Positions 47,701-60,400 of a DNA stretch of 64,000 bases are shown here, piece by piece. The notes below the pieces were generated by a model. The model did no database searches. It was not told the origin of the DNA and saw only the letters and a program-made list of their open reading frames with translations. This DNA comes from Podarcis gaigeae (lineage: Eukaryota): the NCBI GenBank assembly GCA_964106915.2, contig OZ066929.1; one strand, written 5' to 3'. A program made the position numbers and the translations under genes. Within the stretch, counting starts at the first letter, position 1, and each line of letters begins with the position of its first letter.

Positions 47701-49703
47701 CAGGATATGTGTGCACAAACCTAAATTTTCTAAATTTAGGACAAAAATACAATGTGTGTAACAAGCTAATTTGAATTAAACTTTAGAATCATATTATTAT
47801 TTCAAAAGTTTAACATTTTTAACCATTTCAGGAGAATTTTTTGTTATTCATTATTTTTGATACAGATATGTTACAAGCCAGGCTTTAATTTATCAGAAAT
47901 TTGGAGATGGCATCGCTTATTTATTCCAGAATCCTAGGTGTGTAACCTGATATCTGAAGCACCTGGGAGGGACTTATTTAGCCTGCAGTCTCCATCTTGT
48001 AACTGAGTCTACAAGCTGACCTCTTGGTCTCATCTCTGTGTAAACATCTTATTTGTATGCTGAGTTCAGGGGAATTCAAAAGTATGCTACACTTTTGTGA
48101 CATTTTGGATTGTCCCAATGAAGATATTACGAAACTAGTGGAGAAATTGCCATATTTTACTTGTGTATCAGCCTGCCTAACTTTGCCTTCTTTCTTATTA
48201 TTGTATGTCATCTTTAGTAAGCAAATAGAATGGCAATTAAGAATTTTTTTTTTAAATTGTTCTAAAATTGCTAGACCAAACAGAAGACAGTCCTCAAGCC
48301 TGCTGTCTTTTTCCACAACTGCCATCTTTCATCTATTACTGTTAGGGTAGCTCTTCCAACACCTTGCTTGGGGCAAATTAAGAGCTGTATGTTTGTTTTA
48401 GTATTTTAAAAATGCAAATAACATTGGAATGCCTTGGAAGAAAGCTAGTACTGCGTATCAGTGTAACAGTGTTAGAAACTGAGATATGAAAGCTAGGAGC
48501 TAAATGGCACCTTAAATCTAGGTTATGAGCGCAACAACCCCCCTAATGTTCTTAAGAGGGTCTCTTCTCCAGTCTTCAGAGAGTAGCTGGAAGTGGGGAG
48601 GCAAAAAAAGGTCCTCCTTTCCTTCCACTATGAAGTTTTAATCTGAAATCTTTGGCGCAGTACTGCGCCCAGAGCTCAGAAACTGCTTGCGCAAATGAAA
48701 TTCCCTGTTGCAAAATGTGCCTAGAACAATGGGCATTTCAAACTCTGCAGTGAAATCAATAAATAAGAAAGTATAAAAAGTGGTAGTTTCAATGCAGGCT
48801 GCAGTCATAAGCTTTTATGAAAACCCAGTTAATTAATAAATTTATTATAGGTATGTTTAGTAACAGCGACAAATTAACTAATTGGTTTATTATCCCTCTC
48901 TCATCTTCCTAAAATAAATTAATATAGGATGGTTTAAATCTGAACAGACAAGTATATGCATGTCCACTCAGAAGTAAGTCTCACTAAGTTCAATGGGCTG
49001 ACAGCAACTGGGTTGTCTGTTGTCTGGCTATGCACATCTTACTCCCTTCTGGATTTGGGTCATTTTACATTCCAAGAGCAGAAAGGGTGGAGTTAGGTAC
49101 AGCAACTAAATCTGAGGTGTGTGATATCCCTTATATTATTCATGATAAATATGGACACTTGACACAGAAAAGGCAACCAGATGAATACAAATCTCCACGG
49201 GCCACAAGGGGGAAGGGGATTAAATGAATGCCTTTTCAAAATGATATGGAAAGGCAGGAATGTGGAAAATTTCCTCATCAAAATCCAATACCATCTGCTG
49301 TAGGTCACTGTAACACTCGGAACGCAAACATTAAGAACATATGTTTAAGCAAGCTTTATGCTACTGTGCGCACAAGTACTACCTGAGAGATAAGTGAGAC
49401 AGAAAGAAAGTGACTTGCTAAAGTCATGCAGAGAGATCCCAGAGTTATGCAGGCATTTGAACCTGCTCACCTTGGGCAGCTAGATGGCTTGTGTGCAACA
49501 CAAATATGAAATGCTTTAATTGTAAACATTTGTATACCGCTATTCTTTAAAAAAAAGTATCACACTGGTTTACAACAGTTATACATAAAAATGCACAAAA
49601 TTACAGTAAAAAACAACAACAGTGAACAATTACAGAAATATGTATGTGTAACTGCCAGCATAAGCCTCATGGAATAGAAAAAAAAATCAGCAAGCATTTA
49701 AAA

Positions 49704-49953
49704 CAGGGGTCAGCAACCTTTTTCAGCCGTGTGGGCCGGTCCACTGTCCCTCAGACCTTGTGGGGCGCCAGACAACATTTTTTGGGGGGATGAACGAATT
49801 CCTATGCCCCACAAATAACCCAGAGATGCATTTTAAATAACATTTAAACAAATTACATTCTACTCATGTAAAAACACGCTGATTCCTGGACCGTCCACAG
49901 GCCGGATTGAGAAGGCAATTGGGCCACATCCGGTCTTAGGTTGCCTACCCCTG
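49704..49953. mobile_element. hAT-type MITE
   Basis: TIRs caggggtcagcaacct / aggttgcctacccctg; perfect 8-bp TSD atttaaaa at 49696-49703 and 49954-49961. Confidence 0.92.
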
Positions 49954-51232
49954 ATTTAAAAGCTGAAAAAGAAGGTACCTCTACTGGTAGTGTATTCCAC
50001 AAGTATTCCAGGGACACAAAAGGCTTCTTGTTACTATCAAATGAGCCTCGTCCACTTAGGAAACAACTAATGATGCCACTGCAGATTATCTCAGGGTTCA
50101 GTCTGGAATGTAAGGGTACAGGTGGTCCCTAAGATAAATTAATACAAGGACCAAGAACCTGACTTAGTAGCAGATTGGCAGCAATGCTAATGTTTTAATT
50201 ATGTTGTCACATGCTGTCAGCCATATCCCCAGCTGGAGCTTCCACACAAGACCCAAGGGCAGCCCCACATAGAGCACATTGTAGTATCTAGCCTAGAAAT
50301 TACAAATGCATGGACTATAGTGGTTATGCTATCCCTGTTCAGGAACAAATATGCCTATTTTCATTTGTTAAACGTGAGATATCTATATAACCCAGCAACA
50401 ACGTTATGCCTTCATTTATGCTCTGAATTAAAGTTGATGAGCAACAAACTCGCTTCCAAGTTTATTTCGCTGTTCTAAAACAAGGAAGGAATCAAGCAGT
50501 CAACACTCCATTTATACATATTACAAATATGATATTGTCCACCCTGCCCCAAATTTGGAAATCACTGTGCATGTAGTAATCATACGTATCAAGGTGTACT
50601 GCTCTGATTATGTGACTCCCAACCCCAAGACACTTGTTGGTCCCACTCTTTATTGGCATTTCAACATCTTGTAAAAAAAAAAAACTGCTATTTTTTTTCA
50701 TGCCTTTGCTATTGTGATTATCTGTCCCTCCTACTAGTGCTCTGATGGTGACCATATGTTGCTTTAAAGCTTACTTTGTTGCTGTAACTTCATTCCTAAC
50801 CTTGTTTGATTTTAATAGTATATTAATATTTACCACTTTGAGAACCTTCAGTTCTCAAAGTGGTAAATATAAATTTAAATTAAAAACAGAGTCAGGCACT
50901 AAAGATAAACCAAACTCTAGAGATAAAGGGTGTACCAAGCACTTTTTACAACCTTGAATCACAGATGTGCACTAGTAAATTTTTTTTCTAGATTCTACAA
51001 GTCACAACACTTTCCTGGAAAAAGGTTTAATTTAAAGCAACAGGTAAAGTGTTCCACTGATTCACTATGACTAGACTAGGGTGTTTTGTTTTTCGAGTCA
51101 AGTTTCAGCATGAGCTAGTAGGAACAAAAATATGCCAACTTGCCACAAAGCACCATTTCATGTTTCATCAAACACCACAACCATTTGAAGGAACTCTTGA
51201 ACTTTTCCAGGGAGTTTATTTCACAGAAACTT

Positions 51233-51304
51233 AGAATCATAGAACTCTAGAGTTGGAAGGGACCATGTGGGACACCTAGTCCAACCCCCTGCAATGCAGG
51301 AATC
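51233..51304 (-). mobile_element. CR1 LINE 3' end
   Basis: agaatcatagaa...gagttggaagggacc...tagtccaacccc is the reverse complement of the typical CR1 tail (ttctatgattct). Confidence 0.75.
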
Positions 51305-52711
51305 TTTTACCCAACGCAAGTCTCAAAGCTACAATCCTGAGACAAATTCTCTGTGGTCAAGTTACTGTGAAACAAAATACAATGGTGGCTTATTTCTGCA
51401 AGTATTAAATTCACATAAATCCATCTACTACTGAAATTGAAAGTCACTATGAAAATCTTGTGTCTTGCAACATGAACCAGGCTTATTATAGCTCAAGAGC
51501 AGAAGGCTACAAACAACTGCTACAACACTAAATACAGGAGGACAGAACCAAATGCAAAAGAGCAGAGAAAGAGGGAAACCTCAAAATAGTACAGGGTAAA
51601 GGAGAGAACTCAAGTAAAACAGTAAACTGTCCAATGAGTATCAATATAAAACCTCCTCAGAGGCATTATAATTCATCTTAAACTAAATTTACACCCCCAA
51701 GGAACGTTTCAATAAAATAATGTAGTAAATTGTCCATTGACTCTTTTATTAGAGTTCACTACATTTTTCCAGTCCCATTTTGAGACTTTCTTTCTTTATG
51801 CCATACAGAATGGTAACAGAAAACTTTGAAGAGTTTTTTGCAACCCTTAACAAAATATTGATTTAACTTAGAAATTATAGCCATTGATTATGACCACCGA
51901 CCAATGAATACATATTTTAATGTATTTCCTTGCTCCTGACTTTTCAACATTTCTATTACAGTTTAATTCTTGGAAACTATAAAGGCTAAGAAAAGTTGGG
52001 CAACTCATCATTGTAAGACTCTGTGGGTAACATAGCTAAAAAAACTGTACACATTTTGCTGACATGTTGCCAACATGATTACACAGCTGTGTAAGAAATT
52101 CTAATCATGGTGTGATGCCTAGAGAGAAATACTTTTCTCCTCTGAAAAACCAAAAAGCTGTACATGTTTCGAAGCTACATAGCGGCCACCACCCATTTAT
52201 CTGAGCCACACTTCAAATGGTAAGCCTTTTACATTTTGCCTTGAGGTCTATAAATTTTCATTCTTGAACTCAACTCATAGGTCAACTAAATTACACATCT
52301 GCAAGCTATAGAAGGAATAGGGTAGGGCAGGATTTCAACTGTTTTAATTATTCAATTGTTATAACGAGACACACAAAAAAGCAGCTTTGTTCTAAAACTT
52401 GGCATGCATATGGCCCTGACTATGTAATGCACACTAAACCATGTCGAACACATCTGGTTCTTAGGTATAGCCAATGACAGTCTAATGGAACTTGCACATG
52501 GAATACAGATGCGGCCTAGAGATATAATAGAGCCATCTACCCTCTGACCTAGAAGCATGATTCTCTGTATATTATTCCACATTCCAAAACATTCTGACTA
52601 AAGTATGTCACAAGAATGGAGTAGAACACACAAGGTATGCCATGCCAGAAGTGCATAAACTACCCAGTAAGAGTCCACACATCTCAATAAAGCAAATCAA
52701 GCACGGCAGCA

Positions 52712-52912
52712 CAGGTAACTTGCAACTTGTGTGCATTTAACTTGCACACATCCAGCTTTATGTGCTTGGCTAAAAATAAATGAGTGGACGGAAATGGAAA
52801 GGCTTTGGCAATCTTACACACCCACTCAACCCAATGTGTTTTGACTATATGCGATTTTGGCTTTATGCGCTGTCCCTGGAGCGTAACCCCTGCGTAAGTG
52901 GAGAGTTGCCTG
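52712..52912. mobile_element. Older mariner/Tigger-like MITE
   Basis: Imperfect TIRs caggtaact.. / ..agttgcctg followed by TA. Confidence 0.6.
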
Positions 52913-53322
52913 TATAGAAGAAGAAACCCAAGAAGACTGTTGGTGCATTTTCAGTAAGGAAATTCTTTTAGCTTTACAGTGTCATACTCTATTCACTAGT
53001 GTAAGCAATCAGTAGTTAGATACTTTGCATTCAAAAAGAAAGAAAGCTACTAACGTGTACAACAAGAACTAGGTTTGAATCCAAATACGATCTCTCAAGT
53101 AGTCTCAAATTCAATCGCATGGAGAGAAAATAAGATGAGCCAACGTAGAGGCCTGAAGACCTATTAATTAGGTTTGAAAGAGTAGAAAAAGAGTAGATAT
53201 GATGAAGGAAGACCTAGAGAACAAGTGTAGAGACCTGACATTTCATTCCATCACAATGCTCAGATGCTTCAACACTGTTCTTTTGGGAAATTCCATAACT
53301 TAAATGACAGGAAGATACACAC

Positions 53323-53475
53323 ACATAAGAATGTAAAGAGAGACTGCTGGATCAGGCCAGTGGCCCATCTACTTCAGCAGCCTGTTCTCACACTGACCAA
53401 CCAGATGTGTATGGAAAACCCACAAGCAGGATCTGAGCACAACATCACTTTCCCCTCCTGTGGTTTCCAACTTTG
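53323..53475 (-). mobile_element. CR1-related 3' fragment
   Basis: cataagaatgtaa..gctggatcaggcca.tggcccatcta; a related copy lies at 56460-56527. Confidence 0.55.
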
Positions 53476-53524
53476 GAGGCAGAACATATCCATCAGGGTT
53501 ATTATTATTTATTATTATTGCTTA

Positions 53525-53722
53525 CATTTATATACCACCTTTATCTTCCAAGGATCTCAAGGTGGTGTACATGGTTCTCTCCCCCCCCCCCCATATCATC
53601 CTCACAACAATCCTGTGAGGTAGGTTAGGCTAAGGTAGATCATCCAGTGAGTTTCATGTCTGAGTAGGGATTCAAACCCTGCTCTCCCAGGTCCTGATGC
53701 AACACTCTAACCATTACACCAC
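53525..53722 (-). mobile_element. Older CORE-type SINE
   Basis: cctcacaacaatcctgtgaggtagg...ggattcaaaccc...ctctaaccattacacc; similar to the SINE at 20944-21233. Confidence 0.7.
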
Positions 53723-54834
53723 TGTTTAGCATCCATTTTGGCTAAAGAATGATTATGTTCTGCTATTAAGTATCCACCAGTCATTAAGCACTTGTGCAAA
53801 GGTATCTGAACTCTACTCTAAAATAACTAATAACTTAATTTTCAACTGTACTTCACTGACATTGTCAAGAAACTATGGCAACTCTATAAAATACAGGCCA
53901 AAAGTAAGCCAGCTTATCAAGTCTTATTTTCTGTTGCAACTTGTACTATAGATACTATTTGTGATCCATAAAAGGAACATATATCTATTAAATCCACACC
54001 TGCAGCTACAATTTATAGCCACCCAGTCATCTACTACTGTCTTACATCATAGGTAATTAGAATTCACTGAATTCATGGCCACAGGGAAAATACAAGTCCC
54101 ATGAATGGGAACACAAAGCAAACATGAGTTCCACAGAATTTCAACCAGCATATGGTAGAGACGAATTAAATCTGACTCAATACAGAGTAAGAAAGGAGCA
54201 ACTGTTAAGTTTTGACTTCATGTTATTTATTCTATACTTCACTGACATTTTCACCAAACTCAGTCTTGCTTGCATTTTGTTGGAATATATACTAGATTCA
54301 AATGAAGTGGTGGGCCACACTTTTTAACCTCCTGTAATTCTTTCAGGTTTTGGGAAACCAAAACCCAATGCAAATTTCCAGGTAATTCAGCAGAAGATTC
54401 CATGAGGAAATCAAGCTTTAATGTTCCAAAATGTATCTCAACAGCTTCATCAGATCATAGAACAGCAGATTTACAACAGTATCATTTCAGTATTCCTTCA
54501 ACAATGCAGCAGTCTTATTAGAAAGATTTCTTGGATTGAAGGCTACAGCTATTCTACAATTTACATGGTATCAACATTGTTTGTACAGCCCCTGATTTAT
54601 GTGATATAATGCCAGAAATAAATCCACTTACTGGTAGGCAAGTCTTGCACCAGCAGTCAAATGCTTTATAACTTCTGTGATTCTAAATGGGGATTTGAAG
54701 AATTAAATTAAGGATTTGTGATTATTTGCTTTTTAATAATTTCTAATATTGTAGCCTCAGGTATTCAAGCAACAACTTGATTGTTATATTTAGAACATTT
54801 TATTTAGATTGTTTTATTTAGAACATAGGCAAAA

Positions 54835-55570
54835 AACAAAGTCTTGCGGCATCTTTAAAATTAATTTATTATGGCACATGCTTTCAAGGACTAAAGTCCA
54901 CTTTATCAGATGTATGGAATATGATGCTGAATGAGTAACTACAATATAGTACACATGACTATAGAGAAAGAGACAAAACATTAGCTGTCAGATGAGCAGA
55001 AAATGAAATGTAAGAAATGCAGATGGTGAAAAATGTATTAACACTTAACTGTATGTAAAAGAATTCCAATGAGCAACATTGCTTTGTGAACAGTAACATA
55101 CACATCCTGGCATTGCAATCAACACCTCTCTTTGTTCAAGAACGGTCAACTTAAGGTCAGTAACAGAGTATTCTCTGGTGGTGAAATGTTCTCCAATGGG
55201 ATATGGTCCTTTTTGTTGTAATATTTGTGTTTTCTCTCTCTTTCTTTGCATAAAGGCTACTGACCTGTTTGCCCTTTGCTGTATAGAATGCAGAAGGCCG
55301 TTACTGGCAGATGATGCTGTATGTCATATTGGAAGACAAGCAGGTGAATAAACCCTTGATATTGTGGTTAACATTATTAGGTCCTTTAATATCTATTTTA
55401 TTGCATCTGTATCTGGGCTTGTTGCAGTGTCTGATCCTTGCGTTTGTGCCTCTGTTATGTGGGCTGCTGGCAATGGTGAGCAGCTGATTCAGGTTAGGGG
55501 GACTGCCGGTGAATCAAGACATGCCTACTGCCAAACTGCAAAATATAGTTGTAATGGATGATGGGTTGGA
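54835..55570 (-). mobile_element. Degenerate Penelope-like element: GIY-YIG endonuclease region plus 3' pseudo-LTR
   Basis: Minus-strand translations HRQSPNLNQLLT..CNKPR, KGPNNVNHNIKGLFTCLSSN..YSIICQ*RPSAFY, PIGEHF...SVTDLKLTVLEQ; terminal ctgataaagtggactttagtccttgaaagc...aagatgccgcaagac. Confidence 0.8.
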
Positions 55571-57385
55571 ATAGTCTTAGCTGGGAGGTATAAGGGGCAA
55601 AAAAGTGGTGTTCTGACACCTTCTCCATATCTGTCCAGTACAGGACAGGGTTTCATAGAATGCTGGAAGAAAGAAGATCCATAGGCAGGAAGAGGCTGCT
55701 CACCTCACCTCCTCTAACATGCCCTCACAGGGAGCACGATCAGGAGGCTGACACTGGATTCCAAGACTTATTTTTCTAATAGTTCAATTTAGGACCCTAG
55801 AGGGCCACACCCAATGCATTGGCTGGTACAGAATACACAAATGTGCCCAGTTACTAAATAGTAGACTGAGAGAAAATTTCTCCTCACTTTTCCTGATACA
55901 TAGTCTCCATCATCCATGTTTATCTCCCATATCTGTCTGCCCAACTTATTCCATCACCCTCCCTTACTGATATGTCAGCTGACTGCATCATGCTTTCTCT
56001 TGTGCCAACATCATGCTTCCTGCATATATGCTGTGAGGGGTGAGGAGAGTATGTTCACTGCCTATACTGCCAACAAAGGGCTCAGGTAGGAAGACAGGGA
56101 TGACGATCACCACTTCTCTTCCCTCACACTCAACAAACTTGCAGAATCAGAACCCACAACCTGCTGCTTCCTCACGTCTAAGATCACATACATTTCCTGC
56201 CTGGTTATGACTGCCTTAGAAATGCCCAGATCTCAATGGACTTGTCATAAAATCACAACCCCACTGTTGAAGCAGTGAGGTACGTAAACCCTCAGTGCAC
56301 TGTGCATCTCTGCCTCACATGCATCCTCAATGCCCAGCAGATTAGCTAGACTCCACCCCTGAATTTTCAGAACAGTTGTCTTCCACACACTCTCTGTACA
56401 GCTTACTTACACCAATCCCCTGCTTTGCCACTTGCCACCTACTTTTCTGTGGATACAAACATACAAGCATCCCTGCTGGATCAGACCAAAGGTCCATCTA
56501 ATCCAGCATGCTGTTCTCTCAGTGGCCACTAATTTCTAAAACCTTAATGTCAGCCGTCCCCAACCTGTTGCCCGCCAGATGTTGTTGGACTTAATTCCCA
56601 TCAGCCTCAGCCAGCTGGAGTTGTCTAAAACATATGGAGAGCACTAGGTTGGGGAAGATTCATCAAGACTGCTGTAGACAGTAGACTCATGTAAAACCCT
56701 ACAGGTAGCAAGAAAAACCATTTTCAGTAGAGACAGAGAAAGTTACCTGCTATTTACTGATACGTTTTGCTGAAGTTCTTGAGCATAATAAACCATCAAA
56801 AACTGGCATCATAAAGCAAATGCTACATCAGTTACCACACAAAATATAGATTGGAATACTCATGACACATTTCTAAGGCAGACATCAGTACTATATAAAA
56901 TGCCCCAGGCTACTTTAAGATAGTTTACTTTACGTTAAAAGAACAGACTTGGCTGCAATGCTAAGATAGCATTACATTTTAAAAACTGTGCCCTTTCTTC
57001 AAGTCACTATCCGAACTTGTTTCTGTGGTTTTCAATGCATAGTTTTATTGTGCCAATAGCTTGACATGGACTGACTGCCCATCTAGTTTTTAAAAGCTTT
57101 AATCTTCTAATGTACAGAATACAGTGCATATATTTTTTGTACTTTGATAAGAAATGCATGTGTGTGCAAATCGTGCTTTGGTGAACCCATTCTAAAAGAG
57201 AAAGCTGAAATCAATAATCTTGAATTTACATTCTAACAGATAGTAGTGCTTGCATGACTCCCAAATTACTGTTTTCTTTGTTTCCCTAAAGTTATAGCTG
57301 TTGTACTATCAAACATGAAAAGTGTCTACTACTCTAAAGTTTTCTGAACAGGTACTGTATTCCCAAATAGTGCTGCCTTTGCAGC

Positions 57386-57404
57386 TGACCAGCAGAGGGA
57401 GTAC
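57386..57404 (+). promoter_or_regulatory. Candidate CTCF motif in intron 1
   Basis: tgaccagcagagggagtac resembles the CTCF core CCASYAGRKGGC (A replaces the final C). Confidence 0.35.
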
Positions 57405-60400
57405 GTCACAGCCAATGTTCTGCATAGCTGAAAAGAATTTTGTAAACATCACAAACTAGATAATTTTACTAAACAGAAATAGAGAAGATCAATGTTTGCA
57501 GATCATGAACAGAGAATGCCAACTTCTCAGAATAAAAATTGTGTTGGAAATAAAATCTTACTTTCAAATGTTAGGACTACACGATTCAGTTGTAATCCTA
57601 AAATATTAGCTCTTATGTCAATCAATATAATACCATTTTATCATTTTCCCACTGTTTTGTGCTTTTACCAGGCTGACATTTAAGCTATTTATTATACTTG
57701 TTAGCCCACATAATACCTAATTATGCTTAAATGAAACTTACAAACAAATAATATTTCAATCTTACTTCAGAAGTATATTTCATGCAACCGATTGAATTAC
57801 GTAAATCTAAGGAACTCCTTACATTTTTCTTCCCCCTTCAAATGCTCTATTTTAAAATATCCAAATGACAAACTAGAAATGCTACTGGAAATGTTTGTCA
57901 GTGCAGCTACTAAAATTGGATTCCAAACCCAGACAGTACCAGAGACAATCTTAGCCAATACTGATGTTCAGTGCTTTTTCCTGGGGTGATGCATGCCCCT
58001 TAACATTTTGCAAATCTTTGTACTTTTCTCCATTTACTGTATTTATTTTTCCCAATTTGAACTATAAAATGGTGATTTTCTTGAGTCAAAATGAGAGTAC
58101 CCCTAAACATTTCTTTAGAAGAAGAAAAAGCACTGCTGGTGCTGTAAATCAAATCAATACAATTTCCACATTTAATGTACATACACAAATAACAACAGAA
58201 AATCTAAACCCTGAAATTAGCACATCCTCCAAGAATCATGTTAAAGAATAAGCTTCGCTTCCTAAATCTTTTCAATTAAAAAATAATGTTTAAAAATTGG
58301 AGCAGGTAGAGGGGAGTATGTATTTAGAGAAGAGATTGTCATCCTTAAAAGTAAGCCACATTACACAAGACTACCTGTGCAATCTTTGTGATTATGTTCA
58401 GGCAAGGTGCAATATTCAATTGCTAAGTACCTTAGTTTTTTTAATGAAGTATGTCTAAAAAATAGACATAAATTCCATGTACAAATTGTAAATGGAAACA
58501 ATGGACCACATAAGAAATATACCATTCAATAGAGAAATATGATAATCACCAAATGATCAAACATGTATAGTGCAATCCATATATATTCTTGCATACAAAT
58601 CATATACCATTTGCATATGTTATCAAAAATTTAAGATAAAAAGATAATGAACACAAACTTGGAACTATTGAGAAATGCTTCAATTACCAATATTTTTCCT
58701 GTGGGGGAAGATGAAACGTTTACAAATAAAAGGTTAATTACCAAGAATCTGTTACTTATTCAGACTTTAAAAAAGAATCAGTGTGATCAAAATAATGCTC
58801 TAGAGGCTTCTCTCAGCAAAAATCTATGCTTTAAACAGTACCACAAATATGATTAAAATAATTAAAAATAATTAAAAAACCAAATTTATATTAACTGGCA
58901 AATAAAAAGTACACACCATTGCCTGTTATATTCTATCTTATTAAAAAGACTCACCCACTCCACAAGTCTAAGTGCTTGCACTGATAATGGTTTGCCACCG
59001 GTTTGCTTCTTCAGACTGAGAAATAAGTGATGGTTTCAATAATAAGGGTGGTTGAACTAATTTCAGTGCCTTAAGTAAAGTACAGTTCTCTTTAAACATC
59101 AGTGTCTAACTATTCGTATTCTTTGGGGTTGGGCTTTTCTCTCACTAGATAAGCTGTTAAGTCATGCCTTGATTTTAGATCTGCCAACATACAGATTCTT
59201 CTGGTGTAGCCTCCCCCACTCATCATCAAGAGTGATATACTTCTTGTTCTATTTTCCCCACCCCCACCCGTATTACAAAAAAAGGCACTGCAGGGCAGAA
59301 ATTCCTCAGGTGCTTGCTAATGGAATTCCCAGGGTCTATGAGCCGCTTCGAGGATCAAGAGATCTCATAGCCCCTGCTGGGGTAAGAAGCAACGAGTCTG
59401 TTCCATTTAATCAAATACAGAATGAATTTTCAGCCCTATTCACTAGGTTGTCTCCAGGGCTCCAAAAAAGCACTAGGGAGCAAGAATCACACTAATGTGG
59501 CTCTTTCAGGCAGATATAATTAGTTTGATTTTAAAGAGTCACATTAATATCACCTCAGTACTATTACCCAGATTGTGCGTGACAGTGATACTGTACATCG
59601 CAAGGCTGAAAAAGGGAACTAAGGAAATATAAAAAGAATCATACAAAATGTTACATATTCTACAAAGGGATGTTTCCTATTATTGCATGCTGCATGGTTT
59701 CATTTTAACAGCAAGACATTCATGCTTAACTCTTTGAGCATGAAAACAAGCTAGCAGTGATTAATTTTTCCTTTAGATTTTTAACCTTCAAAATGAAATC
59801 TCTTTGTACATGACACCGATGTTGCTGAATACTATGAGTTTTGAAAATCATGAGATATTTGCCAAATGGCCCTGGGAAATAACTTTTATGGCTAAAAGTC
59901 AAGGGATATTTCACAGTTAGAGAACATTAACATTTAAAATAATATTGCCCTAAATCCTGTTTAAAATGTGCTGCAGACAGACTACAACCATTATTACTTG
60001 TGAAAGGAAACTGTCAGATAATAGGTCATTATGAACTAGATTCAACCCCTAGGTTATGTACATGCTATAACTAAAAAGAAACACTCACCCCGCAAAAAAA
60101 AATGTAAAAATACATCAAAATAGGTCTGCATGTTTTTTATCCATCATGGAAAAACATCAGATTATAGGCCTCCTAAATTGAATTCAGTACCAAGTCCTCT
60201 CTTACTTTGACAGTAAAAGGAGTACAACAGTTCTTGCTCTGGTACATAGAAAACTCATTCTGTACTGTTTTGCTGACCTGGCTGTCTAAACAATCAATTT
60301 AATTCACTTGAAAGTCAAACCACCTGCTAGACTGGGCAAGGATTATGAAACCTACAAACTAAAGCAACATGATACAACTCTTTACTGTGTCCTTTCTGAG

